Assembly (NCBI GenBank): GCA_043809315.1
Contig: JAZDDX010000028.1
Location: 1 to 50,795, forward strand
Direction of reading: 5' to 3'
Length of the DNA stretch: 50,795 bases
From: Pseudomonadota bacterium
GTDB taxonomy: Bacteria > Bdellovibrionota_G > JALEGL01 > DATDPG01
Shown: piece after piece, positions 16,601 to 25,739 of the stretch
How the letters are laid out: every line of letters begins with the position of its first letter
Numbering within the stretch: the first letter of the stretch is position 1
Translations under genes and position numbers: made by a program
Notes under the pieces: model-generated
Databases searched by the model: none
Told to the model about the DNA's origin: nothing
What the model saw: only the letters and a program-made list of their open reading frames with translations

Positions 16601-18264
16601 TCCCGCAACTTCGCCTCCTTGAGCGCCTCGGTGGGGCTGGCAGCCATCCAAAGATCGAGCATTTTCTGTGCGGCGGTCGACGAATACGGCTCGGCGTTCG
16701 GATATCTCCGGATCAGGTCGAGGTGGTTCGAAAGGAGTTTCGGCGTGTCGCCGAACTTTTCGTAGAGTGCCGTCTTCTCGAGGAGCGCCTGTGCGGCGAG
16801 ACCCTCTTCCTTCGGACACCTCGTGACGACGCGGTCGTACGTTACGGCGGCGCGATCGTCCGATCCGAGGGCATGCTCCGCGCGGGCGGTCTCCAGAAGA
16901 GCGGTCCCGGCGATCCGCGGGTCGTTTGATCCGGCGATCGCGGAGAGGAGTTGAATCACGGAAGGGGAGCGGCTCCGCGCGAACTCCTGGCGGAGAAGCT
17001 CGATCTTCGCGAGCGAAGACCAGGGTGTTTCTTTGGAGGCTTCCGCCCGTTCCCAGGCGGAACGTGCGCGGGACGGTTGGGAGAGATGCCGGTCGGTGAC
17101 GAGGCCGAGGTGGTAGAGCGCTTCCGCGGTGGCGATCTCTTCATAGGCGAGCGCCGCCGTGGCCGGCTCTCCCTCCTCGAGTTCGGCCGCGGCAGCAAAG
17201 AGATCGCGACCGCTCTTGTAGGCGGAAAAAAGGCCGTCGGCAGGAATCGATAAAAGATTCGATGCACGAGCGCCGCGTTCTTCGCGGGAGGAGTACAGAA
17301 TTCTGCCGGCCCGTGCGGCCGGGAAGAGATCGTACGTTGCGCCGGAGGTGAGGCGGTGGAGGCGGGGGGTTGAAAGATCGGCCGAAAAGATCGACGGACG
17401 ATCGGCAACCGTGATCGTGCCATCTCCGTTCGTGTCATCGGCATAACGGGAGAAGAAAACTCGGTCGCTCGTGTTCGACCAGGAGGGGTGAAGATCGAAC
17501 GGCCCGTCGGTCAGAGATTTCTCTTCGTGATTCCGCAAATCGAGAAGATGGATTGCACCCCCCAGGCTGAAAGCGAGCCACCTTCCGTCGGGGGAGGGGG
17601 CGGGCATGCTTCCCCCTCCGTGCGTGACCGGTTCGATTTCTTTCCCGGGAAGCGTGATCGAGAAGATCTCGGGACGATCGTTCGCCGCGCGGGTGAAGTA
17701 GATCCGGTCACCGGATGGCCCCCAGGCCGGCTCGGTCTCCGCTGCTTTCTCATCGGTCAAGCGGACGAGAGAACCCTGGGAGAGGAGATACTTCGTCACG
17801 CGGGCAGCCAACCCCCCGCTCTTCTGGATTGCGTCGTCCGATTTCGAGAGAACGGTTCCGAACCGTTGGTACAGGCGCGCACGGATCTTCTCCGGAATCG
17901 GATCGGCAAGGCGGAGATTCAGGATGTAGAGATCCCCCTTGGCATCTGCCCGGTACGAGACGAACGCAACCTGTTCGCCGGTCGGCGAAACGGAGGGCCA
18001 GGTGTCGCGCGCCGTGTGGAAGGTCAGGGGGAAATCTCCGACGGCGCCGCTCCCGGGGAGATACCGCAGGAAGATGTCGGGGTTCCCCTTCCGGTCGGAA
18101 ACGTAGAGGACCGAACGGCCGTCAGGTGTAAGAGAAGGCAGATAATCGTCCGCTGTCGTCGTGGTGATCCGCTCGGGGTGACGGACGCGGTCGGCCGGCG
18201 AAGAGGAAACCTGAAGGTTCGCGGCAAGGGCCAAGCCGGCGAACGAAGAGGAGAGTCGTCTCAC
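10627..18264 (-). CDS. Giant PD40/TolB-propeller, TPR and CHAT (caspase-like) domain protein
   Basis: PD40 repeats (PSLTPDGRSVLYVSDR, PSVSPTGEQVAFVSYR, PAPSPDGRWLAF); long TPR arrays; C-terminal CHAT with HMAAHGEF, VTLSACQTG and HPGYWAAFSLTG. GTGA overlap with the upstream gene. Confidence 0.9.
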   Translation of the reverse strand: MRRLSSSFAGLALAANLQVSSSPADRVRHPERITTTTADDYLPSLTPDGRSVLYVSDRKGNPDIFLRYLPGSGAVGDFPLTFHTARDTWPSVSPTGEQVAFVSYRADAKGDLYILNLRLADPIPEKIRARLYQRFGTVLSKSDDAIQKSGGLAARVTKYLLSQGSLVRLTDEKAAETEPAWGPSGDRIYFTRAANDRPEIFSITLPGKEIEPVTHGGGSMPAPSPDGRWLAFSLGGAIHLLDLRNHEEKSLTDGPFDLHPSWSNTSDRVFFSRYADDTNGDGTITVADRPSIFSADLSTPRLHRLTSGATYDLFPAARAGRILYSSREERGARASNLLSIPADGLFSAYKSGRDLFAAAAELEEGEPATAALAYEEIATAEALYHLGLVTDRHLSQPSRARSAWERAEASKETPWSSLAKIELLRQEFARSRSPSVIQLLSAIAGSNDPRIAGTALLETARAEHALGSDDRAAVTYDRVVTRCPKEEGLAAQALLEKTALYEKFGDTPKLLSNHLDLIRRYPNAEPYSSTAAQKMLDLWMAASPTEALKEAKLREIPGSYSSVPILPALAINTLGDRALGRNERPAAEAAYRSVIAQYPQEKKQKARAQLALARLLTDRGDYDQALALFREAERQVSKNDPWRKEARRRFVGGLLAKGKDELKGKDFRLAIRTFRDLISFDYEIPQAHRGLVAAYAALGETSKALSIYEDEQRRLPNHYLPRYAIGLAHTYEEPPATAFDRAEPDLLEAISQNGQAVFPHQTLGFVYEKRQELLNESGSVERAIDQYTIARSLSDPQEDFQNYGDLTLNVGNGYFLLGDYAKAYEHYSLRRSYDLSFDTETQRLVYLERFSRSAFHLERYDESVALADEALTSLDRVARDKSLPPKEILSHRAETNDARALSLQSRGRREEAAIGFTKVAELNQRLGRGANEAKAFRNLALNLFDAPPRQGSAEEKRLADARDAFEESFELLGRHGVATTRGKSIGSLVNIHQDVALGEDSSEASKGFSKPAERELLYTFIERLERTRGHDAEALAALDKKRSALPKESSVDVTKRPPLHLKESILANRRGVLLTRLNRFEEAAKEFQSSFALASALPHEIGMGQNALSLARLHSIAPTVVTEKQTMETLDTAFDRLTKRTDSDAAAFAARISLERLRLAELSLEENLLTSTLQRLRIVSNLLTDDEPLLLELDIAHFRWTGHAARRSLDLAALEQWAVGLKRNDLLLRLRSAVALSKIPANFAEISSALEPVLSFLTSTPAIPLTDGLDAVLPLFDRWLAFAVSEGDAEAAYNAAEWRSRIALQVAMGGVLPEHAATADGMAALDELKAALREGKKERIEAAQAALDERERGLGSLFRLGTIEAAELQEALGPNRGFLRGVETPKGLFRLFLRSDRLTLERADAPLSDLPRDLYIAGTIPCPTGHPCSRVASAAHLFYAFRAQNLFARSFYSFGNENRPPTSRTAVSWKNRTDLADRLGLADWFVSPAPLTFAVSPLRRWFDLPIPDAPRFEREVPASILLGSGVTTVFLPISNPPMSDGLLALLGEWWARGGVASVVSLPASAIPRALAADEGARANDFSAGSVFGTLGLTPEERQAAAETALAETVTQAASLYRTERWGESVRRFDQALRLLDAQKVDSGAGVTREQLLDVAGTAAYRSDDLPTAISYTQRLVEIRRKNSAPDGSVGLAKALQFLGVLQSRAEQFPESLAALTEAASLYQKLGSPREKVADTFSTLGVVYENANRYREALTEFDRSLGIYGKTGTAGAGEQWRRIGRIYYLRLNDYPRAEDAFRKAVEAFRGAKKPLLADEATLEIGLVFERRADFPKAREIYNAVPLSSKSALYVANTYWAEGNYFDAFRWQRIALAAAEQANDDRMRLLCHSTVGLIYWTLNQHDKAIEEQEVALKLSRKLVSPIDEAAAYNNAGLVYRDRGELEKSIALFEQALTIDQKLHTVWGEAYDRRNLGISQTRLSRFADAEKNLKEAVRLSHSIGARENETKSLQSLGDLYWAQSASDPAFDSYKQALSRARELGLKEVEWRALQGLARVTSRRKNIPGTLLYLKEAIDVVEKMGASIKIEEFRNSFVTNKLSLYQEIVLLLLRQQPAQTEEAWRYVERARSRSFIDLLGNRDVRATAPEDRVLLEKDRASRRLLTDLESRLGAASDDTERAKVQSQLRDARKVREDLLIEIRASRPELSAFVSVDVLTLPEFQKILGNDTAFVEYFLTPSELIAFVVTDQGIRVSRVQVGKKLLEAKLVAYSRLMQEQQPLLKESEELNRWILKPVEPWIEGKRFVGISPHETLHYLSYASLFDGKRFAVDRYALFYSPSASVLKYTTVPRRIDKGSARVLAIGNPNLGNPALDLPFAEKEVGAISLDFPKIETLTREKATERWVASNLGRFDIIHMAAHGEFDPINPLFSAIKLAPTESSTGDLAVEEIFNLRANADLVTLSACQTGLAKIEGGGELIGLNRAFLYAGTHSILSSLWRVSDVSTAILVKHFYRNYLTQTKAEALRKAQLLVKDYYSHPGYWAAFSLTGDYR

Positions 18265-18830
18265 GGTTTCACCGTCCAGCTGCCGTTGTCAAGCTGAACG
18301 CTTTCCCCTTTCTTGGCGCTGTCCCGGTTCATCTGTGCGAACACTTTCCGGAGTTTCGGAAGATCGGCTGGGGTCAGGTTCTCGCTGGACTCGATCGTGC
18401 GGGAAAGGATCACCAGGCGGTCGCGGTTCTCCTCCTCCGCCACGGTCCGCAGGAGCTGGGCGTATTTCTTGTCCGCCTTCGCTTTCCCGCAGGGAAGAGC
18501 GGCAAGCGTTCCGTCCTTCGCCTCACCCGCACAGGCGTCTTTCTTGAATTGTTCGATATCGTCGCGGTTGAACTCGCGCGACTGCGCCGCACGGAGCGCC
18601 CTCTCCTTCCCCGGAGGGAGGTAAGGGGCCGGCTTGATCTTCCCGGCGTCGTCGACTCCGCGTACCGAGGCGATCATCACCAGATCTTTCGAGAGTTCAT
18701 CGTAACTCCCGAGGATCTGCCGTTCGAGAAGCGTTTTTTCGTCGACCACCTCGACGTTTACGCCGATCAAAGGTCCGTGGCATGCGGCAAGCAATGGAAC
18801 GAAGACAAACAGAGAAGAGAGTTTTTTCAT
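18261..18830 (-). CDS. DUF1318/YdbL-like lipoprotein
   Basis: Lipobox LLAA-C; GEAKDGTL, EENRDR and GESVQLDNGSW motifs; ATGA overlap with the upstream gene. Confidence 0.75.
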   Translation of the reverse strand: MKKLSSLFVFVPLLAACHGPLIGVNVEVVDEKTLLERQILGSYDELSKDLVMIASVRGVDDAGKIKPAPYLPPGKERALRAAQSREFNRDDIEQFKKDACAGEAKDGTLAALPCGKAKADKKYAQLLRTVAEEENRDRLVILSRTIESSENLTPADLPKLRKVFAQMNRDSAKKGESVQLDNGSWTVKP

Positions 18831-21355
18831 GGCGCACCTTTCGAAAATACGAGTTTTCCATCGTCGTCCATCCCCCGGAAGCTTAAGAATTTCGTAGCCT
18901 CGAGGGCGGGGGCAAGGGCGGATAAGGATTTCCGGAACTCGGCGAATTTGAGGAGGTTCTTGACGGAGATCCCGCGAATCGGGATCGAGAGATCGACCAC
19001 CTTGACCCCCGGGAGGACGATGTCGGCCTCGAGGATCCCGTGCGCGACGGAGAACGAGACGCGCGGGTTCCGGATCGCCGAGCGGACCGTCGAACTCTGA
19101 AGGAGACCGCGCGCCTGCGCGAGCGACGGATTCTCCCCCTTTGGATCGAGGAACGTGATCAGGCGATCGAGGGTCTGATCGCCGATCTTCGTCAAGTGGA
19201 ACTGAACCGCCAGGTCGTCGAGAAGTCCCTCCGGGGAGATCGCGCGCCCGGGAACGATCGTGAGCGTCGTTTGCGCGTCGAACCCTACACGGGCGTCCCC
19301 CCCCGTTTGTGGAGCGGTCAGCCTGGAGATGTCGAGTTCGACCGCCTCGAGCGAGGCGGTCAATTTAAGTGTATCTCCGGCCGGAAGGAGCGTCATCTTC
19401 GACCAGATCGATCCGCCGAGCAGCCCGAGCGCGAAACGGTCGACCACGAGGTTCGACCCGTCGAACCCGGCGTCGAGTTCCATCGGTCCTGTGGTCGTCT
19501 GTTTCGTCACGATCTTCGCGATCCGCAGAGAGGCGGAATCGGAAGAGAGGGGATAGAGATGCGCGGAATACCCCTTCGCCCAGACCGAGGCATCGGCAAT
19601 CTTTCCCCAGCGAGCCGCGGCCGGACCCAGGTAGACGGTCTTGGCGAGAGGAAAATGAAAGTTCACGTTTTGAACCGACTCCCCTGTTGGCAACGAAATG
19701 GAAAAAGCTTTTCCGTCGGTCGCGAGCTCGATCGTCGCCCGGTCGCTCCCCGGTTTCGAAAGTTTCATGCCGGCCGTCAGCTCTCCCGTGAGCGAGAGCC
19801 CCTTGAGTCGATCGGGGACTTTTTGCGCGTCGATCGCGATCATCCCCTCGAACCCTCCCGTCACGGCCTCCCGGATCCGCGCAACCCGGCCCTTCGGCTC
19901 TTTCCACGCCGCCGCAAGCTCCGGGAATGGAACCGTCGACGAAACGCTTCCCTTCGCTTCGGCTTTGAGGCCCATCGTCGGGATCTCGAGAAAGGCGCGG
20001 GAGAGCCTGAACGTGTGAAGCCCTTCAATTCGAAGATCCACCCCCGACCCCAGATCGAAACTACCAACTTCAATGCCACCCGTTCGCGTTGATGGAAGGC
20101 GGAGCCGGGAGATTCGCAGCGCGCCACCCAGGGCGATCAAATCCCCGGCCGAATGAATCGAAAGATCGCCTTCGACGGACCGAAGGGATGCGCCGGACGC
20201 CAGGTTGATGACCCCAGGGTTGCCCATGGCGAATTTACCGTTGAGGTTTACGAGGACGGGGAGATCGAACGCAGCGAGGCGGCGTTCAACGTCCGAGAGG
20301 GTGGGAGCGAGAAGTTTGCCGGAGAAATCGAGTTGAGCCGAGATCTCCGGCAGGTTGTGAAGCGATCGATCCTTCGAAAGGAACGACTCCCAGGCCGGGG
20401 CGAACCGTTTCGAAGTCGTCTTGAGTTCGCCTGCCGCCGAGAACCGTTCGAGACCGAACCGCACCAAATCGAAGTTGCCGTGCGCAGAGAGGTGTCCGGG
20501 GATCGAGAGGTCGTTCAGCCGGGCGTCGATCTTCCCGGCACCGAGGTCGGCGGAGATCTCGCTGTCGAGCGTGAGAAGAGGGGTGGCGCGTGGGTCGGAA
20601 AGGTGGATCGCCGCGCGCGCGGTTCCGGTTCGGTCTCCCGGCCAGAGGGCGCGGAGTTCCAGATCGATCGGATAAGATTCGCGGTTGAGCGTGAGAAGAG
20701 ATCCTTGGGCGATCGTCAGGGAAAAATCCGAGCGACGTTCGGAGGATGTCAGAACAAAGCTGCCGGCGAGGTCGATCGGGGGGAGGGCGAGGAGGTTCCC
20801 CTCGCCGTCGTCGGCGACGACGCGGAGCCGCTCGATCGACATACGGGGAAACTTGAACCCTGGGAATCCGGCCATTGTTTCCGCAAGCGCCTTTTCGATC
20901 GCGGCGCCGAGCTTATCGAGTGGAGTCTGGAAGTAATCGACTTTCAAAATCGGTCCGGGCGGTGGCGGAGTCGGTACGAACGCTTTATGGAGGCGGTCGA
21001 AATTCCATTCCCCCTTCTCCTTGCGAAGATAGATCTCGATGTCTCGCGCGACGACTTCGTCGACGGAGACGGTCCAGGTGAGGAGCGGCAGGATCCGGTA
21101 CCGGACGTTCAACCGTCCGATCCGGGCGAACAGTTTCCCGTTCGGCTCGGTGAGCGTCGTCTCCCCGAGCGAGAACGATCCGATCGGGAATGGAGAGATC
21201 GGGGGAAGGGAAAGCTTGTAGTGGTATGTCTGCTCGAATTGTCTCGAGATCCGGGCGGAAAGCCAGGCGGCCGGGAAAAAGAAATAAAAACAGACGATTC
21301 CCACCCCGATAACGGCCAAACTCCAACGAATCCAATGCCTTCGTCCCGCCGACAC
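18827..21355 (-). CDS. AsmA/YdbH-like membrane-anchored periplasmic beta-taco protein
   Basis: Single N-terminal TM helix, AsmA-like 'RLNVRYRILPLL', long beta-rich body, 'LLGGSI' YdbH-like motif; followed by the DUF1318 lipoprotein. Confidence 0.7.
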   Translation of the reverse strand: MSAGRRHWIRWSLAVIGVGIVCFYFFFPAAWLSARISRQFEQTYHYKLSLPPISPFPIGSFSLGETTLTEPNGKLFARIGRLNVRYRILPLLTWTVSVDEVVARDIEIYLRKEKGEWNFDRLHKAFVPTPPPPGPILKVDYFQTPLDKLGAAIEKALAETMAGFPGFKFPRMSIERLRVVADDGEGNLLALPPIDLAGSFVLTSSERRSDFSLTIAQGSLLTLNRESYPIDLELRALWPGDRTGTARAAIHLSDPRATPLLTLDSEISADLGAGKIDARLNDLSIPGHLSAHGNFDLVRFGLERFSAAGELKTTSKRFAPAWESFLSKDRSLHNLPEISAQLDFSGKLLAPTLSDVERRLAAFDLPVLVNLNGKFAMGNPGVINLASGASLRSVEGDLSIHSAGDLIALGGALRISRLRLPSTRTGGIEVGSFDLGSGVDLRIEGLHTFRLSRAFLEIPTMGLKAEAKGSVSSTVPFPELAAAWKEPKGRVARIREAVTGGFEGMIAIDAQKVPDRLKGLSLTGELTAGMKLSKPGSDRATIELATDGKAFSISLPTGESVQNVNFHFPLAKTVYLGPAAARWGKIADASVWAKGYSAHLYPLSSDSASLRIAKIVTKQTTTGPMELDAGFDGSNLVVDRFALGLLGGSIWSKMTLLPAGDTLKLTASLEAVELDISRLTAPQTGGDARVGFDAQTTLTIVPGRAISPEGLLDDLAVQFHLTKIGDQTLDRLITFLDPKGENPSLAQARGLLQSSTVRSAIRNPRVSFSVAHGILEADIVLPGVKVVDLSIPIRGISVKNLLKFAEFRKSLSALAPALEATKFLSFRGMDDDGKLVFSKGAP

Positions 21356-21390
21356 GACCGGCCTCTTCTATAATAGATACGGACGTTTCG

Positions 21391-23166
21391 CTATTCGGAA
21401 ATGCCCTTTAAGGCGATCATCTCCCGCAGCAGCTTCGTCCCCCACGCCAGGAGGCAGTCATCCTGTTCGCGGAAGCCGGGTTGAGTGGGATTCTTGCGGC
21501 AGCTCGGAGGGGTCGCCATCTGCTGCTTGGCCTTTTTCAGTTGGGCGACCAACGTATCGGAAACCCGCTCTTCCTCGGGGACCGGTTCAAGCCGTTCCGA
21601 GACCTTGAGATCCTCCGGCTTCGGGACGATGGTTTCTTTCCCTCCATCCGCGTTGAGGTGCTCCCCCATCCGGTACGGTTTCTTTTCTTTTTGGTACTGA
21701 AACTCCGTGACCGGATCGACGATCTCGATATCCGGAACGATCCCCTGAATCTGGTGAGAGATCCCCTTGGGAGAGAAAGAGAGCTGGTTCGATACGAACA
21801 TGATTCCGGTCAACGGCCATCGAACCAGCACGCCCCCTTGGCCGATCCCCTTCCCGTATGTCCGCTCCCCGACGACGACGGCCCGTCGATAGTCGCGCAA
21901 TGCCGCGGCCACCACCTCGGAGGCACTCGCGGTTCCGCGATCGACCAGCACCAGCAGCGTTTCGAGGCCGACCCAACTCTTCTCCTGATCGCTCTTGTTC
22001 GTGGTCATCTGCGTCGGTTTCTCACCGAAGGTTCCGTCCGCATCTCCCGGATTGGCGACAATCTCCTGACTCCGGAAGAGGACCGAGTCCCGGGGGAGGA
22101 GGAGTTCCAGCAGACGTTCGGCCTGCAGGACGTATCCGCCGCCGTTCGATCGAAGATCGAGAATCAGACCACGGAGAGGGCCGCTCCGCTTTTTCAGGAG
22201 ATCCTGAATCGCACTGATCCACTCGTTCTGAATGTCATTGAAACTCTGCGAGCTGAAGTCGGAAAGGCGGAGCCGCCCAATTCCCGAGGCTTCATCTTCC
22301 CATGAGAACCGGGCGACGATCGGTTCGTACCTGTCGATCTTGAGCTTGAAGGAACGTCGGGGTCCGGATCCGCTGCACGGCGGGTCCTCGACCTCGACCG
22401 CAATCTCTTTCGGGCTCTTCCGGCCGTTGGGGTTGAGCTGAGTGAGGGCGTCGTCGTATCCGAGCGTGGAGACCCCCTTCCCCCCGATCGAGTGGATGCA
22501 GCTGCCGGGACGGAGAGACCGATCCTTCTCGAGACCGAGGTTCGGCGAGCTGGGCAAGATTCGGTCCACTACGAGGTACTTGGGGGAACGCCCGAGGTCG
22601 TAGTCGGTCCGTGTCAGGAACTGGATCCCGACTCCCCGAATCCATTCTCCGCCGCTGGCCGCGTAATGAGAAAACGGGTCCATCGCCCGAAGCGTCGCAT
22701 TCAGAGAGACGGAGAGAAACTGGAGCAGAATAACGGCTTGGGCCGCCTCGTCGGTCTGGAGCGCTGCCGCGACCGCGAGGTACGGAGAACAGTCAGCGAT
22801 CGACTCGAATGACTCGTTGAGCTTCTCCCGGGCGGAAGCTCGGGCCAGTTCGTCGGAGACGTATTCTTCGAGGAACAGCTCGAATGCGACGGAATACCCC
22901 TCCGCCAGGAGCCCCCCTCGCTCCGAGGGGGTGCGCGTCAGATGAAGCTGGAGGGCGTCGTCGACGGCGCCGAGGAAGACGCGACAGGCGCGGTCCCGGA
23001 GCGCGCTGAGCTGCTCGGCCGACTGGGGTTTCGTCGTTTTGGTTTCGGGCTTCGCGGCATCGGTTTCGGCAGCCGCCCCCTTTTTCTTCCCGCACGCGAC
23101 AAGGCCGGTGACGAGCCAGAGGCTCAACACGAACGAGAGCAGTTTATGGCGCCGGACGGAGAACAT
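21391..23166 (-). CDS. S41 C-terminal processing protease (CtpA/Prc family), lipoprotein, with PDZ-like region
   Basis: LILDLRSNGGG, TASASE and GERTYGKG motifs; start set to ATG 23166, giving lipobox LVA-C. Confidence 0.88.
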   Translation of the reverse strand: MFSVRRHKLLSFVLSLWLVTGLVACGKKKGAAAETDAAKPETKTTKPQSAEQLSALRDRACRVFLGAVDDALQLHLTRTPSERGGLLAEGYSVAFELFLEEYVSDELARASAREKLNESFESIADCSPYLAVAAALQTDEAAQAVILLQFLSVSLNATLRAMDPFSHYAASGGEWIRGVGIQFLTRTDYDLGRSPKYLVVDRILPSSPNLGLEKDRSLRPGSCIHSIGGKGVSTLGYDDALTQLNPNGRKSPKEIAVEVEDPPCSGSGPRRSFKLKIDRYEPIVARFSWEDEASGIGRLRLSDFSSQSFNDIQNEWISAIQDLLKKRSGPLRGLILDLRSNGGGYVLQAERLLELLLPRDSVLFRSQEIVANPGDADGTFGEKPTQMTTNKSDQEKSWVGLETLLVLVDRGTASASEVVAAALRDYRRAVVVGERTYGKGIGQGGVLVRWPLTGIMFVSNQLSFSPKGISHQIQGIVPDIEIVDPVTEFQYQKEKKPYRMGEHLNADGGKETIVPKPEDLKVSERLEPVPEEERVSDTLVAQLKKAKQQMATPPSCRKNPTQPGFREQDDCLLAWGTKLLREMIALKGISE

Positions 23167-23581
23167 CGGTGCTTCCCAGGTGTAATTGCAAGGGGGATAC
23201 CACAACAACGCTTCGCGGCACAGTGAAAAAACAGGCCAGATCAGCCCCTTAGGAACCTTGGCGACGCACGGCATGGCGTCTGGGCGATGTTTGCCCCTCC
23301 GAAGCCGCGGCATAAGCTCCCCAACACCCTCCGCGCCATTCGTGCGACAGGAAGAAAACGCTGGCAAACCAGCGGTGGCAGGCGGTTTCCGAAGGACCTG
23401 GCGCGTACAACATAATAATGATCCGCGACGCCCATTGACGCGTCGCGCGTGGGTTTCCGGAAAATTGACAGGCTAACCCATTAGATTGCTTTACAAATTG
23501 AAAAATGGTTGGAATGATGCTCTCAACAAGTCAGGGGGATTACCCCCGCTAAACGACACACAAAGAACTTATCTGGAGGTT

Positions 23582-24112
23582 ATGATGAAGAAGTTTTTAA
23601 TGGTTGCTTGTGCAGTAGCAGTGGCGGGGGCCATCAATTCAGCTTCCGCAATGGATCGGTCGGGCAAAATCGGCTTCGGCTATCAAGAGAACATCATGAG
23701 CATCACCAGCCCGGGCAACACGCTTGGCACATGGTCACTGAAATACGGCGTGACCTCGCTGATCGCGGCCGAGTTCCTGGTTGGTTTTGACATGGCGAAC
23801 AAGAGCGGAAACAAGGACATGGCGTTCGGCGCTCGCATTCTCTACAACCTGGTTCAAAAGGAAAATTCTGACTTCTATACCGGTCTCGGCTTGGTATGGA
23901 ACCAGGATAAGTCCCCGGCAGATAATCGTTGCCTCCGCACACAGATCCCCCTGGGATTTGAGTGGAGCTTCGCAGGTCTTCCGGAAATCGGGTTCAACGC
24001 TGAAGCAGGCGTGATCATCGACTACATCAAGGCGACTAAGCAGCTTCAGTTCCACACGGCCGGCGGCAACATCGGCGGCGCGTTGGGCCTTGGCGTTCAC
24101 TACTACTTCTAA
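23582..24112 (+). CDS. Small outer-membrane beta-barrel protein
   Basis: GGAGG site, signal peptide MMKKFL...ASA, amphipathic strands, C-terminal GVHYYF. Confidence 0.82.
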   Translation: MMKKFLMVACAVAVAGAINSASAMDRSGKIGFGYQENIMSITSPGNTLGTWSLKYGVTSLIAAEFLVGFDMANKSGNKDMAFGARILYNLVQKENSDFYTGLGLVWNQDKSPADNRCLRTQIPLGFEWSFAGLPEIGFNAEAGVIIDYIKATKQLQFHTAGGNIGGALGLGVHYYF

Positions 24113-24141
24113 GTCTTAAGTAAGTAGGAACGAGCAGTTCG

Positions 24142-24180
24142 AAGGGGGGAGCGCTTTCACGCTCCCCCTTTTGTTTTTTT
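24142..24180 (+). terminator. Rho-independent terminator
   Basis: GGGGGAGCG / CGCTCCCCC stem followed by a T-tract. Confidence 0.85.
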
Positions 24181-24181
24181 C

Positions 24182-25642
24182 TTACCATCCGTTCGAGGCA
24201 AGGTACGGCGAGGCCTGCCCGTATTCTAGCGCCCGGACTACATTGACGACGCCATATCCGGCGTCGTTATTCGGCAGGATCGCCATGGAAGCGGTGTTTC
24301 GTAGCGCTTCCTTGAGCCTCTCAACGGTCCAATCGGGGTGGGCCTGCCAAATCAACGCGGCGGCGCCGGCGACCAGCGGCGCTGCGAACGAAGTCCCCTC
24401 ACCGGTCTGGTACGTGTCGGTCCCCGCGCTGATCGCCCCGTAAACGTTCTTCCCTTGCGCCATGACATCCGGTTTGATTCGGCCGTCCGCCGTCGGTCCG
24501 CGGGAGCTGAACGGCGCGATGTTTCCGTACTCATCGACGGCGCCCACCGCCAGAACACCGAACGCATCGGCCGGGGAGCTGAGCGATCTCGGCACGAGCT
24601 CTCCCGTCGTGCGGTTCTGGCCGGTGTTTCCGACGGCATTCACGACCAGGATCCCGAGCTGGGCGGCCGCATTGGCGGCGATCGCGGTCACGATCGTCTG
24701 CCCGTCCAGGGAGGAATAGGGGTGGTTCATCGTCTCGTCGTCGAACTTCATGTACCCGAGGGAGCTGGAAACGATCTTCGCCCCGCGCGATGCCGCCCAT
24801 TCCAGAGCCGCCACCCAATTGTCCTCTTCCGTCCGATTCTCGTGCTTAACGTCCTCGGTCTTGGCGAGGAGATACGTGGCGCCATACGCCGGCCCGATGA
24901 TATGCCCGGGAGCGTATCCGCCGATGATCGACCAGACGGAGGTGCCGTGGTCGTCGTCGTAGTCGTTCCGATTGTTCGGATCTTGCGAAACGTCGTCATC
25001 CTTGAAGACGAAATCTCTCTCAGCAAGGAGCTTCACCTTTCGGAACGCCTCATGACCCTTGAAAAACCCGACGTCGAGAAGGCAAATCGTTAATCCACGC
25101 CCGGAGAGGCCGATTCGGTGAAGCTCCGGGATCCCGAGAGTGGCGACCTGTTGATAGGCCGGGCCGTACGCTGTCTCTGACGTCGGCGCCGGCTCCTCCG
25201 ATTCGGGCGAATCTACCGATCGTTGGGTCGGTGTCGGTTGCGCTTTGATCGATCGGACTTTCTCGACACGAGAGACGAACGAAAGGGCTCCGAGCGTCGA
25301 AAGCACCTCGGGAGAGGCCTCGATACTCACAGCGTTCAGCCAGCGCGACTTTTCCCGGATCTTTGCCCCTTGCCGTTCAAGCTCCACCAGATACAGATCA
25401 TGGACCGGTTGATCGAGCCGTTCGAGATAAGAGACGTCTCGGTCTCCGGCGGGGGAGTCCGGTTTGTCGGTCAGGTAGACCCAGGCCTTCTGGTTTTCTG
25501 AAGGAGTCTGCTTCATCGATTGAAGCAGTTCCTTGGAGTATTTCTCGGACGATTGAGGTGTGGGAGTGACCCTCAACGCTGACATCGAACAAGCGACCAG
25601 CAAGGCTGAGAGTGCCAGTACCGGAGATCCTACCTTTTTCAC
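24182..25642 (-). CDS. S8 subtilisin-like serine protease, lipoprotein
   Basis: LLDVGF, DDHGT, AVGN and GTSFAAPLVAG motifs; lipobox LLVA-C. Confidence 0.92.
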   Translation of the reverse strand: MKKVGSPVLALSALLVACSMSALRVTPTPQSSEKYSKELLQSMKQTPSENQKAWVYLTDKPDSPAGDRDVSYLERLDQPVHDLYLVELERQGAKIREKSRWLNAVSIEASPEVLSTLGALSFVSRVEKVRSIKAQPTPTQRSVDSPESEEPAPTSETAYGPAYQQVATLGIPELHRIGLSGRGLTICLLDVGFFKGHEAFRKVKLLAERDFVFKDDDVSQDPNNRNDYDDDHGTSVWSIIGGYAPGHIIGPAYGATYLLAKTEDVKHENRTEEDNWVAALEWAASRGAKIVSSSLGYMKFDDETMNHPYSSLDGQTIVTAIAANAAAQLGILVVNAVGNTGQNRTTGELVPRSLSSPADAFGVLAVGAVDEYGNIAPFSSRGPTADGRIKPDVMAQGKNVYGAISAGTDTYQTGEGTSFAAPLVAGAAALIWQAHPDWTVERLKEALRNTASMAILPNNDAGYGVVNVVRALEYGQASPYLASNGW

Positions 25643-25739
25643 GATTCCCCCCCTTCGTGAACCGAAACCACCTACCTATGGGGGGGACCCAACGACAGCC
25701 ACAGCATACCAACCCCGAGAGAATTTTCCAGTGTAATTT

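Noticed and set aside
23358-23395. GGCAAACC hairpin resembling a c-di-GMP-I riboswitch
   Set aside because: Lacks the GAAA tetraloop stem and the second stem of that motif; only a short hairpin.
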